A stretch of 64,000 bases of DNA, taken from positions 682,001 through 746,000 of the forward strand of contig OY986950.1 of NCBI GenBank assembly GCA_963920595.1, in the 5' to 3' direction. Both the position numbers and the translations under genes were made by a program. The notes beneath the pieces were generated by a model, which saw only the letters and a program-made list of their open reading frames with translations, made no database searches and was not told where the DNA came from. How positions within the stretch are numbered: position 1 is the stretch's first letter; every line of letters starts with the position of its first letter. Shown in pieces: positions 38,544-52,100 of the stretch. The DNA is from Eimeria praecox. Lineage: Eukaryota.

Positions 38544-39761
38544 TCACTTCGCAAGCATCATCCCCACGAACTCCTCGTAGTTAATTTGCCCGTCTCCGTC
38601 AATATCAGCCTCTCGAATCATTTCATCGACTTCCTCGTCCGTTAACTTCTCACCCAAGTTCGTCATTACATGGCGAAGCTCAGCCGCCGATATCAGGCCA
38701 TTTCCGTCCCTGTCAAACACCTTGAAGGCCTCAATCAACTCCTCTTCCGAATCTGTGTCTTTCATCTTGCGTGCCATTAGCGTTAGGAACTCAGGGAAGT
38801 CAATCGTGCCTGCACGCACATGCACTCCCAGTACGACAAATGAGTTTAAGGGCGCATTCAGCTGCCGCTCACGCAACAAACACCAATGAATAACTAAAAG
38901 CGACGGCGGGTTGTTCGTACCATTGCCATCCGCGTCAACCTCGTTAATCATGTCCTGCAGTTCGGCCTCTGTTGGGTTTTGACCCAAGGACCTCATCACA
39001 GTCCCAAGTTCCTTAGTTGTGATCGCTGCAGACGTAACATATGCACACAGAGCGCCAATGGCGACACAACTGAAAGCAAAAAGAATCGCACCCGGAGGCG
39101 GAAAGGGGAATATACGACAGGCTCATATATACAGCAGCGCTGTGCATCACCATTCTTACGAGTGGCCAAACACTTTTACCTCCTTATCAGTTTTAGCGAA
39201 GCATACTATACCTTTGAGGATAATCACCACAAAAGGTACCATGAGATGCAGTGCACATGATCCTTTTACGGTGAAAGCCAAAACCGTAGACAAATAATTG
39301 CATGCAAATTCGAACACCACAGCACCCGCATACCCCCATTCACCGTGCGGCGCATACGCCTCCAAGTGTCTACTACGCTTCTCCTCCAACTAAGCATTAA
39401 AATATAACACTATGAAACAAAGGAGGCGAAATCCAACTTGTGCATTCCGAGCACAACTCTAGCTACCCGCTGAGGCCGCCGCGCGTAATACTGCGCCAAG
39501 GGGCCCATGGGACCGACGGAAGGAGAAGAAAAGCAGCATGACGAATCAAGCAATCAAAAGCGATTCAATAAAAGAAAGTCAAGCCACTGCTTTGCGTCCA
39601 CTGAAGCAAGACGAGTCAAGAACAGCCGCATCGTCAACAGATCGGGCCCCTTCAGGGAATGACTCTCATTTGAGGAGCTCACTGCCGTCTCCATCTTTGT
39701 CGAAGAGACTAAATGCCTCCTTGAACTCTGCAATTTGCTCCTCGGTGAGCTGGTCCGCCAT
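38544..39761 (-). CDS. CAM: Calmodulin; exons 39761-39683, 39025-38921, 38809-38544
   Basis: [86 protein letters not shown]..., four EF hands. Confidence 0.98.
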
Positions 39762-41429
39762 CTCGACTTCTGTTCGTTCCAGAGATGTTCGAACTACAGG
39801 GCTGGGGTTGAGGGGAAACAGCTCAGATGTTCTGAGGCAGTCGGCAGACACCCAAGCTGCTCAAGAGAAGCCCCGCCTATGGTATTTCAAGGATCTAATC
39901 TAAGTAATCAAATATCCAGCGCAAAGAAGCGAGAAATTTACAACAGGACGCCCGCAGCACGTGTGCACACAGCCACTGTGCCGGGGGGAAGCCCAAGAAG
40001 CACGGCAGCGCGGCTCCGCTCAGCCTCTCCAAGCCCCCCAGGAAAGGCAAAATGCGCTTGTTTCCGAAAGTATACTTAAGATGTACGCATATACAATGCA
40101 AGGGCGCACCTTTCTTACAATCTACGCGCACAAAGACCAGCAGCAGCCGTGTAGTGCGCCTAGCCCTGCTAGACACTTACGTGAGTCTCTGCAACCGGCT
40201 AACTAAAGTAGACTTCTAAATAACCTGCCCGAGTTTTCCAAATTGATAGTCTAAAATATTTCTTACTTGCCTTTGATAAATGGATGTTCTGTTCAGTACC
40301 AAGAAAGGAAAAGCTTCGGCCACTTACCTATGCCGCTGCCTGCACAGAGGTGCTACAAGCTGCAAAATGTCTGCCACTCACTGAGATGGGCTCTCCTGCT
40401 GAGCCCGTAGGCTCTAGCCACCCAGAGCCCCGTCTTCTCCTCCTATTATACCACGCTTATTCAACCATTATATTCCCCTTTATCATCTATTGTTTCATAT
40501 TAATACATGCTGCAGTTCCTTGGTTCTGCTTCCTCGCAGGCGTCTTCGCAGTGTGCGGCAGTAGAGCTTCCCTCTCTCGTGGACGCTTGCGTTTTCTTCT
40601 GGCGAGCACTTTGTTATGCTCGCCGGCAACTGCATCTGTCTGGGCGCCTTATTGTGTTTGGGGTTTTAACCTTCTGTCGTCCTTTACTTCTGCTCTGTTT
40701 CCCACGCTTGCTGCTTCTGTGCAGCTGTTGCTGTTTCGTGCTGCCGACGAGAGTGGCGAATCCATACACTCCTGGCCGTGCATGCGAGTGAGCGCTTGCC
40801 TGATTTTTTTCGTACGCATCCTGTGTATGCATGCAAGTGAGCTTGCGGCTGCTGGCTCAGTCTCTTCCCATGGTTCTTGCATAATTCGGGGTCAGCAACG
40901 ATGGCTGAGGGCTACAGTATTGGAGAAACGAGAATTTAGTAGCCGGAGCCCTCAAACCTAGCTGATGGTCGCTTCCAGCTGGAGTAAAGTCTGGATACCT
41001 GGGGGACTAGCTCTTAAAATGCAGGTGGGTTGATAGGCTTCCCTGCGTCCGGGCGTCTTGGGTACGCCTTACGTAGGGCTTGCATTGTTGAGGAGGGGGG
41101 GCGACTCTCCATAAATTGCAGCACTCCTTGCCGCAACACCTGCAAAGCAAATCTAGTTGCGCGCATGCCAAAGCTCGTTTTTTGTGCATTTACGAACTGT
41201 GTCGGGAGTTAGGCTTTTATAGGGGCGCGCCAACCCAATGAAAAATATGCTGTGAACCGGTAGACAGCACCAGTAGGCATTTCAAGGACGAGTTCGGCCA
41301 GCACCAGAAGGGGGGCAGCCACAAATAATAAAAAAGTGAAAATAATTTTGGCTCCAGCGCAGAACTAGACATAGGAAAAGGAGTGGAGAATCTCACACCG
41401 GACAAGTAATCTGCGCTAGAGAGCGCATG

Positions 41430-41431
<2 letters not shown>

Positions 41432-41517
<86 letters not shown>
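41432..41517. repeat. (TA)n microsatellite, about 43 units
   Basis: Direct reading. Confidence 0.97.
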
Positions 41518-41521
<4 letters not shown>

Positions 41522-41559
41522 TGGTATGGGCTCCGCTGTATGCAAGGGGACGCATTGTC

Positions 41560-44500
41560 AACAAAGTGCTGTATAGAACCCACGTGAAAGCTGCGATGAG
41601 CATGCGCAAGCTTGTAATCCTCGTCACTGAGTCGATTAGGGTACGTAAGTGACGCTAAAGAATTGCTTCCATCCGCGCAAACGATCTTCAGAAAATCACT
41701 AGACTTGCCGGCAGCTGGGCATTTTTACGTAGTATTTTCGCTTTGTATGAAGCATGCGCGCCATTACAGGCACCTCTAGAATGCGAGTCATAGTTTGGGT
41801 TTCCTGAGTCGTTCCAGAAGACAGGTTAAAAATGTATGGCCAGGCTTTCACGTTGGGGGGGAAATATACAATGTAAACCAACGCGCTGACCCGTTAATGA
41901 ACAATAGAGGGCCCTATCCGACGTTGGGAGAACTCATACGGCTTCTCTTATTCCTGCCAGCTCTGCAGGGGTTGTAATTATACTAAGAGCAACTTGGAAA
42001 TGTTGAAAATGAATGTCGAATGCTGTTTGTTTGCTTTGATTGCTTGCCTGACTTTCAAGTACAAACATGGATTCCCAAGTTGCTGAGAGCCGAATGTGAA
42101 AGCAGACACCAAAAGGCGGAAAGTCCCGGCTGTTTACATCTAGGTCCAGCCTCAGGCCAGAAAAATGCTTTTCGCTCCCAAGAGTGAAGCGCAGGAGCAC
42201 TGTAGAAAAGTGCAACCCGTATTGTACAAAGCATATTCCTCCAAAGGAAAGCGTTCAGGCCACATCGATGAAAATTGCTGGGTGTGCATTCGCAAACAAG
42301 GTTAAAGGGCGCATCTGATGCACTCAGCGTGGCCGTCTGCCTGCGCATGTTTCATGGTGGTCATTCATGGCACGCAGCCCGCCGCATCATTAATTCGCGC
42401 GTAAAGGAGCTGACGAAGTTTGGGTCCATGACCGTGCATCCCAAGAAAATGTGGAGCTTCCAGAAGTGATTGGTGAACAGTCTGGCTACCTCCCCCCCGT
42501 TTCACAAAAGGAGAGAAAGGGATAAAGTGAGTATACTTGTTAAGTCATTACGTGAATGCTATCAGCCTGAAGGGAAAGTTGCTATGAAATCCGTTTGGTA
42601 TGTCTATCAAGATTCGCTGAGGAATCGGAAGGCTACGCTAGAGTCTAGGTTTGATGGTATTCCTCAGCTTTAGTTGTTAGAATTCCGGACAAATAAGGAA
42701 ATATTCTTTAGCTGAGAGCTTATTCTTGTTGACCCCAAGGGTCTGACCACCCTCTATAAACTGCTGTGTTGATGCCACCCTGACCAGCCAATTGACGATG
42801 GTGCGTTTTGTTACAGTGCTTGTACAAAAAGAAGCTAAAGCGTACAATTGGCGGAGCCTACATTTCGACTGGCACCACAATAAATCGCCGTCCATGGTGT
42901 GATACCTGGGCCGGCGCTCGTTGTTGAGCTTAGCGGGTACTAAAGAGTAAGAAGAATGCAATTCAGAAAGAAAATGGAAACAGTCCTAGTGAAGCACGGC
43001 TGCAGATCACAGTGCTTGATTGATACGGCGTCTGAAGAGGGCGACCGTTGATATACTTAAGTGTGAAGTGGTAATGCGTGAAGGGGAACAGCCACCGAAC
43101 AAACTTTAATTCTGCGAAATTTTGAAATTCAAGAGCCTCACGGACTAATAATCAGCTCAAACAGTGGAATCCCTGCCATACAAGTAGTACCGGCAGTCCT
43201 TTACATCCCACCAGACCGCCTAGAGCTCCTTCTCACGCACTGGTTACTTCTGTCCTCTTCCCGTTAAATGGTGTGGGTAACAGGCGATTATTTGATCAGC
43301 AGGGTGAAAGCATGAGTCAGCATCCTCCTTCATCCCATCAGCCGTATCGTTGGAGTTGGTTAGCATGAAGAAAGGCTCGCCAAAATTAAGGACTGCAGGT
43401 ACTGAGACGACGCCAGCGCTCTGGCGAGGCCCCTCGTGCTGGCGGTTAAGAAAAGGGCCTTGCCGAAATCAGGGAGCGCAAGTACTGAAAACCATGTGCG
43501 CTTCTTGGCTTGCTTCCTGTCTATAAACGCGTTCTAGCTTCTTGAGCAGATCCATTTTTGGGCCAGTGATGCTAACGAATTCAGCGGTTAAATAGGATGG
43601 AAGGCCGAGTGAGAAGGGGGAATGACAACCTCCGAACGGAGTCTATCCACCTTAACTCCTGATACAAAGAGACGAGGCACTAAGAAGCTAATTGACTGCT
43701 CGTAAAACGGACACTCTGCGCTTATAAGCCACTACTTCTCGAGTAGCAGTTGCAGGCCATGCTGCAAATGGTCCTGGACATTGCAGCTAAACACACAGGC
43801 AATGCCCATGCATACAACTAATCATACAGAACTCATTGATTGAACTTAATACATTTAGTGATCTCCATTTCGTTGCCCTTTGGTAGGCGAGTTCACGAGG
43901 CTACGGGGATACGAGTGCACATGAGTTTGCGAGTGCAAGTGCTGCTAGCAGTTTTGTGTTTTTCTTCCGCGCGTACTGCCACCTGTAAAGTCATCCTCGC
44001 TGAATTAATTGATGAAATGACTGCACCGCTTAGGAAGCAAAGAAGTAGTTCGACTTCCCGGGACGGTGCAAATTTTGTTGGGGCTTGAACCCAACTCACA
44101 TGCGGCGCATCTGCCCCTTTTTCTGCGTCAGCTCTAAACTAGTCCAAAGGCGCTAGTTGATGATTGTACTCTGCCTTTTTAAGCATTTCATTCTATAGCT
44201 TTCATATATCCTCTTCAAGAATTCAGGTTGCCCCTACGCAGGAACAAAGCTTGGGGCTGTGCTGGAAGCGAGTTCGATGTGGTGCAGAGGGCGTCCAACG
44301 GGTAGTATGCCTGGGGGGACCTCTTTCTTTTTGAGCACATCGGAGAGCTTTGCCTTCAACCGAATCGAACTCTGCTGTTTCTCGAGCGTTAAGTGGATCC
44401 AATATCCCGGAGCTGCGGTCTCCCTAGGACCATCATGGTGGAGTACATGCATTTCTCAGTGGCCTCGGCACTACGTAGGAAACTCGCTCCCTTCATCGAC

Positions 44501-45250
44501 TGACACTGATTATGAGACTCTTACCCTGGGGTATGCAGTTGATGCTGCGAGATTTGGGAGGCGCACTCTCTGACTGCTTTACCACACACAGAGTTCAATG
44601 GTATCCTGGTTGCATGGCGGCATTTGCGCTTGTACCTACTACAAGACTCTTTGATCCTAGACGAGGACCATAGAGAATTGCAGAAGGGCCAAATACTTCA
44701 AGTATGACTTCACCGAGAAGAAGGCAACCTCCCCAAGAGCCTTTAGGAATCCTGGGCATAGATAGCTAGCCAGGCGGGGAAATTGACCGGTCTGCCATAG
44801 GCTGATATCCACCTTGCTGCAGCTAGTGTTGCAGGCCAGCCGCACATCCGCGCAGAACCAGTGACCCTTTGCTACATGCTCTAGCAATTTAGACCCTATG
44901 CTTAGACTATTTGTACACTATCTTTAACACTTCCCTGATCCTCCGTAGTGAGCCTGCAAGCAATTAAGGATACTTACGCCAAAATCACGAAGAGCATGCT
45001 CGACCGCACCAGTTCCAGGCCCTTCAGCCGCGGTATCCAGGATATCGAAAGGCTATAGAGGAAGGGTATCGCGTTTTAGGGAACTCCTTTCATTAGTGGT
45101 TGGCTCTTCTGCAGCCCGCGACAGTCTTAAAGTCGAGGGACTTCACGATGGAGATCGAGGGCTCCGTTACTATAGGATTCCCCCGCATCTGAAGTTAGCA
45201 GTTTTAGCTTTCCCAGAACCCGTTGGAAGTTTTTGTCCCTTGGAAATTCT
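41560..45250 (-). mobile_element. Degenerate Ty3/gypsy (chromovirus-like) LTR retrotransposon internal region, copy A; many stops and frameshifts
   Basis: Ordered remnants on the minus strand: possible gag knuckle FRCGG (~45190) and protease ALRDFGVS (~44970); PPGILPVGRPLHHIEL (~44290); RT ELLLCFLSGAV..QVAVRAEEKHKTA (43893-44099); RNase H FGEPFFMLT..REKEL*AVWWDVKDCRYYLYGR (~43130-43400); integrase Zn region LAGQGGIN..KEYFLICPE (~42680-42800), TDFIATFP, KYTHFIP, DPNFVSSF; GPY/F-like RIGP..ALVY..FPPNVK (~41840-41930); chromodomain-like RKYYVK...TW (~41560-41780). Confidence 0.85.
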
Positions 45251-46423
45251 AACCTACGCTTCACAGCACAGCGCGGTGTGAAGTACTTGCCTGTAGAGGA
45301 ATGCTGGCGAGCTGGCGATCCAATTCATTCCATCCATCCGGAGAGCCAAGAACATAGATCCTCCTATAGTTCGAAATCGTACTTAAATGTTATAGAGGAG
45401 CGCATTTAGGAAATAAAAATTTACTCGAAAGGTAGTTTCTTCGGCGCCCCTTCATCGTTGTGTTGCCGGACTACTTTGCGACGAGCGGGAGCGCTCTCTT
45501 ATTTTTGCGCACGGAGTCCACCACAACGACATTGTGGGGTGGGTTATAATGGGCTAGGCCAGGGCTTTCTGTTTCAGTGAAAAGTGTTTACTTTGCAGTA
45601 AATACATACATTTTGACCTCGTGGATCCTTATGTAGCATTAGGCTGGCCAACTCTTTTCGGGGATTCCTTATGAGGTCATGCGACACTCTTCCGTGGGAG
45701 CCATCATGATTCGTCTCTATTGAATTTCCCTCCACACTGGCCTTCCCAGGAGCTCAAGTCATTCGTATTCATCACCTTTATTGCGACAAATCTGTTTTTG
45801 TGGAGTTCTGCTACTCAGCGCCACACCCACAGTCTTGTGCCTGTGTGGCATGTCTCGTATCGCTCGATCTTTGCCTGTAATGCAGAAAATTGGGGGATTC
45901 CAGCACCCACGTCGTACGATCGGAACATTATCATCCTCTTGCAGTATACCATTCCGTTGTACACCTCACAGGATTGGCTGCGCTCTCGAGGACCGCTACT
46001 GGTTAACGCCACATCCAATGCGATATAGGGAGGCAGAAGCAGCAGCTGCCTCTCATTGACCGCAAGGAAACTGTATAAATGCATCTTAGGAATACATCAG
46101 GTTAATTGCTCTTTGCGTTTTTCTGTTATCTTGCACGCGCTACAAAATGACTCTAACTGAAGATGAACGACGGATGAAGCAGACAGAGTAGGCCTACTTG
46201 GCTGTGTGCACGTCAGAGACGCAAACTGGCGGTTAAGACCTTTAAAGCTTAAGCACCTTCCCTTACAAATAACCCTTCCTTCTAGATAAGCCGCGTCGCC
46301 CCAACTAACATTGTGGTTTCTGCACTGGTAGCCATTGCTGCATGTGTGCACTCGTAGCCATTGCTGCATTGTGTAAGCCTCTCACATCTGACTCGTGAGT
46401 TGTCCGTATTTTCTACTGTTCAG

Positions 46424-47522
46424 GCTGGAGTGTGCCCCGCAGCACAGCACGGCTGTTACTGCCCCTTATGATGACCTGCAACATTCGCAGGATGCTGGGG
46501 TCACTACAACAGACAGCAATTCCCAGCCTCCAAGCAGTTTGGACACTGCTTGCCAGAAAAGCCGAGGGAGTTTGTGCCGCCTGTTCCGCTCAGAGGTGTC
46601 GAAAATTATCCACCTGGAGGTGGACTGTGGCTTGTATGGCAGTGATTGGCGGCTGGTGTATGGGGGAAGCACCTTGGCTGGTTTAAGCCCTTGTATGTTG
46701 CTGTTTCTGCGCTTGGCTATATCCATAGGCCACCTGGCAATGCTATTCTACGCGAAAGTCTTTGAGGAGATGAAGTTCGTCACATCTTGGACGAATGTGC
46801 TTGCTCTCGTGGCATACTTGCTGTCCACTGTCATTAATATTGCTGCAATTCTTTCCCTTAACAATCAGTGGCTCCTGGCCGAGGCCACGTGTGATTCAGA
46901 TTCGTGCGCCTCTGCTGCGCCTCTTCGCACAGTTTCATCTTTTTTCCGCAGGATTGACGTCGGGTACAAGCAGCTCTTGAAGGAGAATAGAGAACGCAAC
47001 TGCCACAGTCCTGAGCCAGCCTTAAAGGCCCTACAGAAGCGGCGATGTTGCACGTTCCGGCGGCCTTTCGATGGCGGTCCTCGCCAGCGAGCGTTGGAGG
47101 CGTTACTATGCATGCATGATATCGCTTGGGGTTATGCGCTTCCCATGGTTATTGTTGTTTTTTTGGTCTACTGGTTATTGCTATTTCCGAAGGCGAGGGA
47201 TGTGCAGATTTGGATTACAGTCCATGTACACCTCGTTTGTCCAGTAGTAACGTGGCTACTGGCTGTTCTTTCCAGATTCCCGTACCGACTGTCCACTCTT
47301 CCTGTCGTAATCATGTGGGGAGTATGGTATGTAATCGTGATTGCTACTTTGCAATCCTTTGGCCATGGCTTCGTTTACTGGTTCCTGAACTTCCAGAAAC
47401 GTCCCGCTCTTGCCTGTGGGATGAGTTGTTGCGTTTTGTTTGTGTTGATTCCAGTGATGGCCTGCCTATCTTTCCTGCTGATGTATCGACACACCCGTGC
47501 TGTCATCCATGTAGAACAGTGA
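46424..47522 (+). CDS. Multi-pass membrane protein resembling FAR-17a/AIG1, rolling-stone or Pr6Pr families; 5' exon unresolved
   Basis: About 6-7 hydrophobic helices; motifs KFVTSWTN, VFLVYWLL, ITVHVH, WYVIV, FVYWFLNF. The ORF opens at GTG with an acceptor-like TTCAG ending at 46423. Confidence 0.7.
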
Positions 47523-49158
47523 AGGATTCAACTGGCATCCGACCTTCCCCCGCACGGGGCATTTCTGCGCCTGAACTCCTCCTCTCTCTCTGGATGTGGC
47601 GTTGGCATTGCCTGAAAGCATCGTTTATGTCGTTTGGGGCGGATCCTTTCCATAGGCGTTATTCCTGCTGAAGATACCGCGGACTTCGCCGTGGAAGCAA
47701 CTTTTGGTGGATTACTGAAGGGTTCTCACTAAGGAAGTAGGCTATTGTTAACCTATATTCTTTGCTTGGCCTTTTGCGTCTGCTTGTCGCGTTGGGCTTT
47801 TTTTTAAAGCACGTCGGCCGAAGGGCTGGCGCCTGCGCGGAGAAGGGCTTGCAGATGGGAGCCAACGGCGTTTTCTGAAGGTCCGTTAAAGGGCTAGCAA
47901 GTGAGCCGAAGAACAGGACAATGTGCGTGAAGACTTCACTTTGCTACATCCATCACAGGCGGATCCTCTCAAGACAAGGCTTCCCCAGGTGCCCCCTCGC
48001 GTCCAGTTTGAACAGTTGTCACATGGGAGGACGCCTACCCAGGCGTTGTCAGCCACGGTAGAACATTCTCCCCTTGCGGGTGCGTACGGAGTGCGCGGAA
48101 CACACAACGGGAAGATGACTTCAGGTCTGGCTCTACCAGAGCGGGTGCTTTCGTTTCCGCCAGTGCTCTTCGGCAAGCTGTGCAGTAAACTGAATGGGCT
48201 TGTCACCTCTGAGGAGGATTTGTGTCGGCACTAGTTTCCGCACAGCCTTTTGTACCTCTTTTGCTCGGCTTCGGCTGTCTGCGCAGTTGCGCAGCTGCTG
48301 CTTGAAACCCCCCGCGTTTAGACCGCCGCAGATGGGGGAGAAGCAGCGTCCGTAAACAGCAACACACGCTGAGTGCGCAACCAAAGAGACTTGAAGACAC
48401 AGTATATATGGAAGGCGATAGCTTGGCGAGGGTAAGGAGGGATAAGGGGATTAAGGGCAGCGAAACAGACACATACAGGCAGCAAAAGTGAAAGGCAAAC
48501 AAAAGTGAAGAGGACCTAGATGCTCGCTAGCTGTCTGTTAGCTTTGCGCATTACCGCAGAGGACTGCGGTAATGGCGCATCATGCCGGTGTGCTAGACAG
48601 GGATAGTTTATCAGATCAGCTATACAGTAGGAGGGTAGCGGTGGAGCTGTTACTCGGCTTACATCTAGTGCACGGCGCTACAGCAAACCGCCGCCCCCGG
48701 ACCTCGTCCGGTGTTTGTAGCGAAAGCTGTGAAGGTCTGCTTCTGAAGCAATGCCGTGAAATGAATACTAATTCCATTAAACAATCTGTAAATGAGCCTT
48801 CAACACAGTAAGCCGGTTACTCGCTGCGAAATCAGGACTCCCAGCATCCTTGTCTGTGACCAGCAGCCGTTCAAGCACACAGCAGACCTGACATGCAGGG
48901 AGACCGCCTCACGGCGGCACTGGCAAAAGCAGTGTAGCGGGTGCTCAAGGCTGATGGGGGGCTGCACTCGGTGGAATTCTGGCTTCTATGGAGGTTCAGT
49001 GGAAGCATTTGATCGCGGGCCTGCCTGTCCTGGCAAGCTCGCTCGCGGAACAGGTGGAGCCACCTGTAAAGCCGCTGCTTTACAAGGAAAGTCAAGGGTA
49101 GATAGAGAAACTACCGGCCGTTGCTGCTGTGCTGGTAGTTGAAATTGACTTGCTGCTG

Positions 49159-52100
49159 CTAGCTGGCCGTCACAATGTGACGAAGCGCAGCCGCTAGCTT
49201 CTCCTCTTCGTCCTTGGGGACAAGACAACTCTGCCAGTTGACTTTGTCCTTCTCTCCTAACAGCTCTGCCATCACTTCCCTGCCAAAGTTCATCGGAATC
49301 TTTCCGCTATCTCTCCCCGATTGTACGTGCAAGTACCGCTCAATTGTTTGGCCACGGGCAGTGCAAACGCCTGGTAACTCCACGTAGAAATACCCCATAT
49401 CCGGGTTATTTGCCAGCTCAGCGAGCGCAGTCATATCAGACGAGCTAGGAAGCTTTTGCAACGACAGCCCCGCCCGCTTCGCCCGTCTCTACGAACAGAA
49501 GAAGAAATGGGCGAGCGCCACAATTCAATGGTCAGCATGCGTATCCTCATCTAACGATAAACCCCATATCTCATCGAAGGCTACCATATACTTCTGTTTT
49601 GACTTATGTCATTCAATGATGAGGCCTGGAGGGTTGAAGCCCTGCTACTTTGCCTCCGGAGGGTACCTCTAAACTCAGTACTTCCCACACTACCCTTCAC
49701 TCTCTACCCGCTGCGGTGTGCTGGAAACGAAAGAGGAATTTTAAAACTCTGAACAAGCTAGTCCTCATAGGGGAGTGCACGTTCTGATTAATTGCCTTAC
49801 CTCAAACAACTCGCCCGATCGCAGGGCTTGAGAACGGTCGCAGGGGATAGCTTGAAGCTGACAGTGCATCGCTTTCGCTGCCTTCATCGGAACATAGCGT
49901 TCGTACACAACCAAGTCCAGGTTCTGCAAGCATTCCAAACCAAACACTATTCATCTCTACGCCCTAAATCATGTATTGTTTGGCGCAACCGGCAGCTTTG
50001 GGCCCTTGCAGCCTGAAACTCCCCTGAGATAATTTATCTGAACAACATATCTTTAACGATACGGAGGGAACCCCAGCCAAGATGCCATCGGCCAAGCGTT
50101 GCTGCCACGCTCATGCTTAAAGACGCAGGGTTAGGGCAACCCCATAAGTTGGGCTTCTTAATGAGCTTTCATAAAAGCCTCTGCTGAACAGGCAGCTACC
50201 GCTCTACGGCACTTCGCACCCCTTTCAATTCCTAATGCCTAAGAACCAAGTTTCAGGGTTTGTGATACACTGCACCCTCACCTTTTTGTGGAAGGCCTTG
50301 CGAGCCGCTTCCACGAGTTCAGCTGCCTCTTTGCGGGTGTCTAAATCGGCGTAGGCTAGAGAAGGCAAATGGGCAATAGGGATGAGAAGCATGTGGAAAG
50401 AAGTGAGTCCCCCCTTCGGTACTGCGGTGTACAGACGATCCGCTATATCCACAATCATATGTTTCTCAACTTGCGGATTCGCCAGGCAAAACCAGCAGTC
50501 TGCATGCGGCTCTGTGGCAATCAGGTCCCTGCACTTTAGCCTCTTCTCCCCAGTGGGTCTGTCAAAGGGAATCTTATCATAGTACAAACGCAACCGAAGA
50601 GCGCGGCCTCCCCCCTCCAGCTGGCCAGACGCTTCTGTTGCTTTGGCGGCGCACTTGGGGTCAACGTACACCACATACCTGCACATACATGCGGCGCAAA
50701 CAAGTTATACAGACACAAACGCCCATACGCACAACCAACGCGACCATAGGAACAGCTGTAGACTACCACACGAGCACCAGACACAGCAACAGCAACAGCA
50801 ACAGCAGCCGCAACCAGTGCATGCATAGCTCTTGCTTCTCACGCCTTCCCCGTTCCTCTGGTTGGATCAGCCTTGTCCTTTGGTACGAACACGAATTTCA
50901 CGGCTCCAAATCGCTCCATGGCAGCCTTCAGCGGCCCATCGTCTGTGACTGCATACGGTAGGTTCTCAACCAGTACAACACCAGTTTCCCGCTGCCTCTT
51001 GAAAGGCCTTGGTGGCCCTTGGACGCCAGCAACAGGGCATGGAGAGAGCTGCATGGCGCCCGATGACGGCCCCTGTACAGCTGTAGGAAAATCATGCAGC
51101 TGCAGCAGCCCCTGCCGGCCTGCACACACGAATGGGTTCGGGCTGTTGCATTCAAGGGGAACGTAGAACAGTGCAGCACGGGCTTCCTCAGCTGCGTTTG
51201 CAGTTGCAGCTGCAGCTGCAGCGTCCTCCTGTTCCTCTTGCTTCAGTCCTCCTTTCATTTCCACATGATTCTTTTGTTGCTGCTGCTGCTCGTCCTGCTG
51301 TACCTGCTGCAGCATGTTGGTGATTGGCCGTAATTGCAGGGCATGGAAGGCCTTTGCTTGGGGGCCTTTTTCTCCTACGATTCCCAAAGAAATTAAACGC
51401 ATTGAATACCCTGCAACATACAAAAATAATAAAAAATAAAAATGGGCTGACACTCTCCACCAGCTGCAGCAAACTTTCACAGCAGCAACTACAGCAGTAT
51501 AAGTAAACACCCCGCCCCCGCCTGTCATGGCCCTGCTCCATATGGCCCCTGTAGTGTCTGCATTCATCAAGAGGAGAAGCTAATAAGCCACAGCTCGACG
51601 AGTATCTGCTGCATCTGAAGCAGCAGCAGCAGAAACAGCATCTGCATGCGCTGCTACTGCAGCCGGCGTGGAAGGGCCTTACCAAAATGTCTTCCCCTAA
51701 AATGAGGCCTCTGCCAGAAGAGGCCCAGGCCACTAAACACGATGTGGCGAGGCTCAAGGAAGTCCGCCAGGCAGCTGCTCTCTCTGCAGCTGCAGCAACA
51801 ACACCACTGCAGCAACAACACGACTCAGGGATGGAGAAAAAACAAATATAGCTGCAGCAGCAACAGAGGGACCACTGGTTCATGCACAGCAAGCAAGCCG
51901 ACAGCAATAGGCTCTATGCAGAAACAGCCCAACTCCTGTAGCTAGGGCCGCCCCAGCTGTAGCGAGGGCAGCAGCAGCAGCACGAGCAGCAGCAGCAGCA
52001 CGAGCAGCAGCAGTCTTATATCATTACAATCAGGAAAAGCCGAGACAATACATGAATACAACAGACACTTCATGTGGAATACAGAGAAGAGGGGGGGGGG

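Noticed and set aside
39678..39690. Apparent GC-AG donors in calmodulin intron 1 and in CWF19L1 near 50840
   Set aside because: Phase checking shows canonical GTGAG donors a few bases further on restore the conserved protein.
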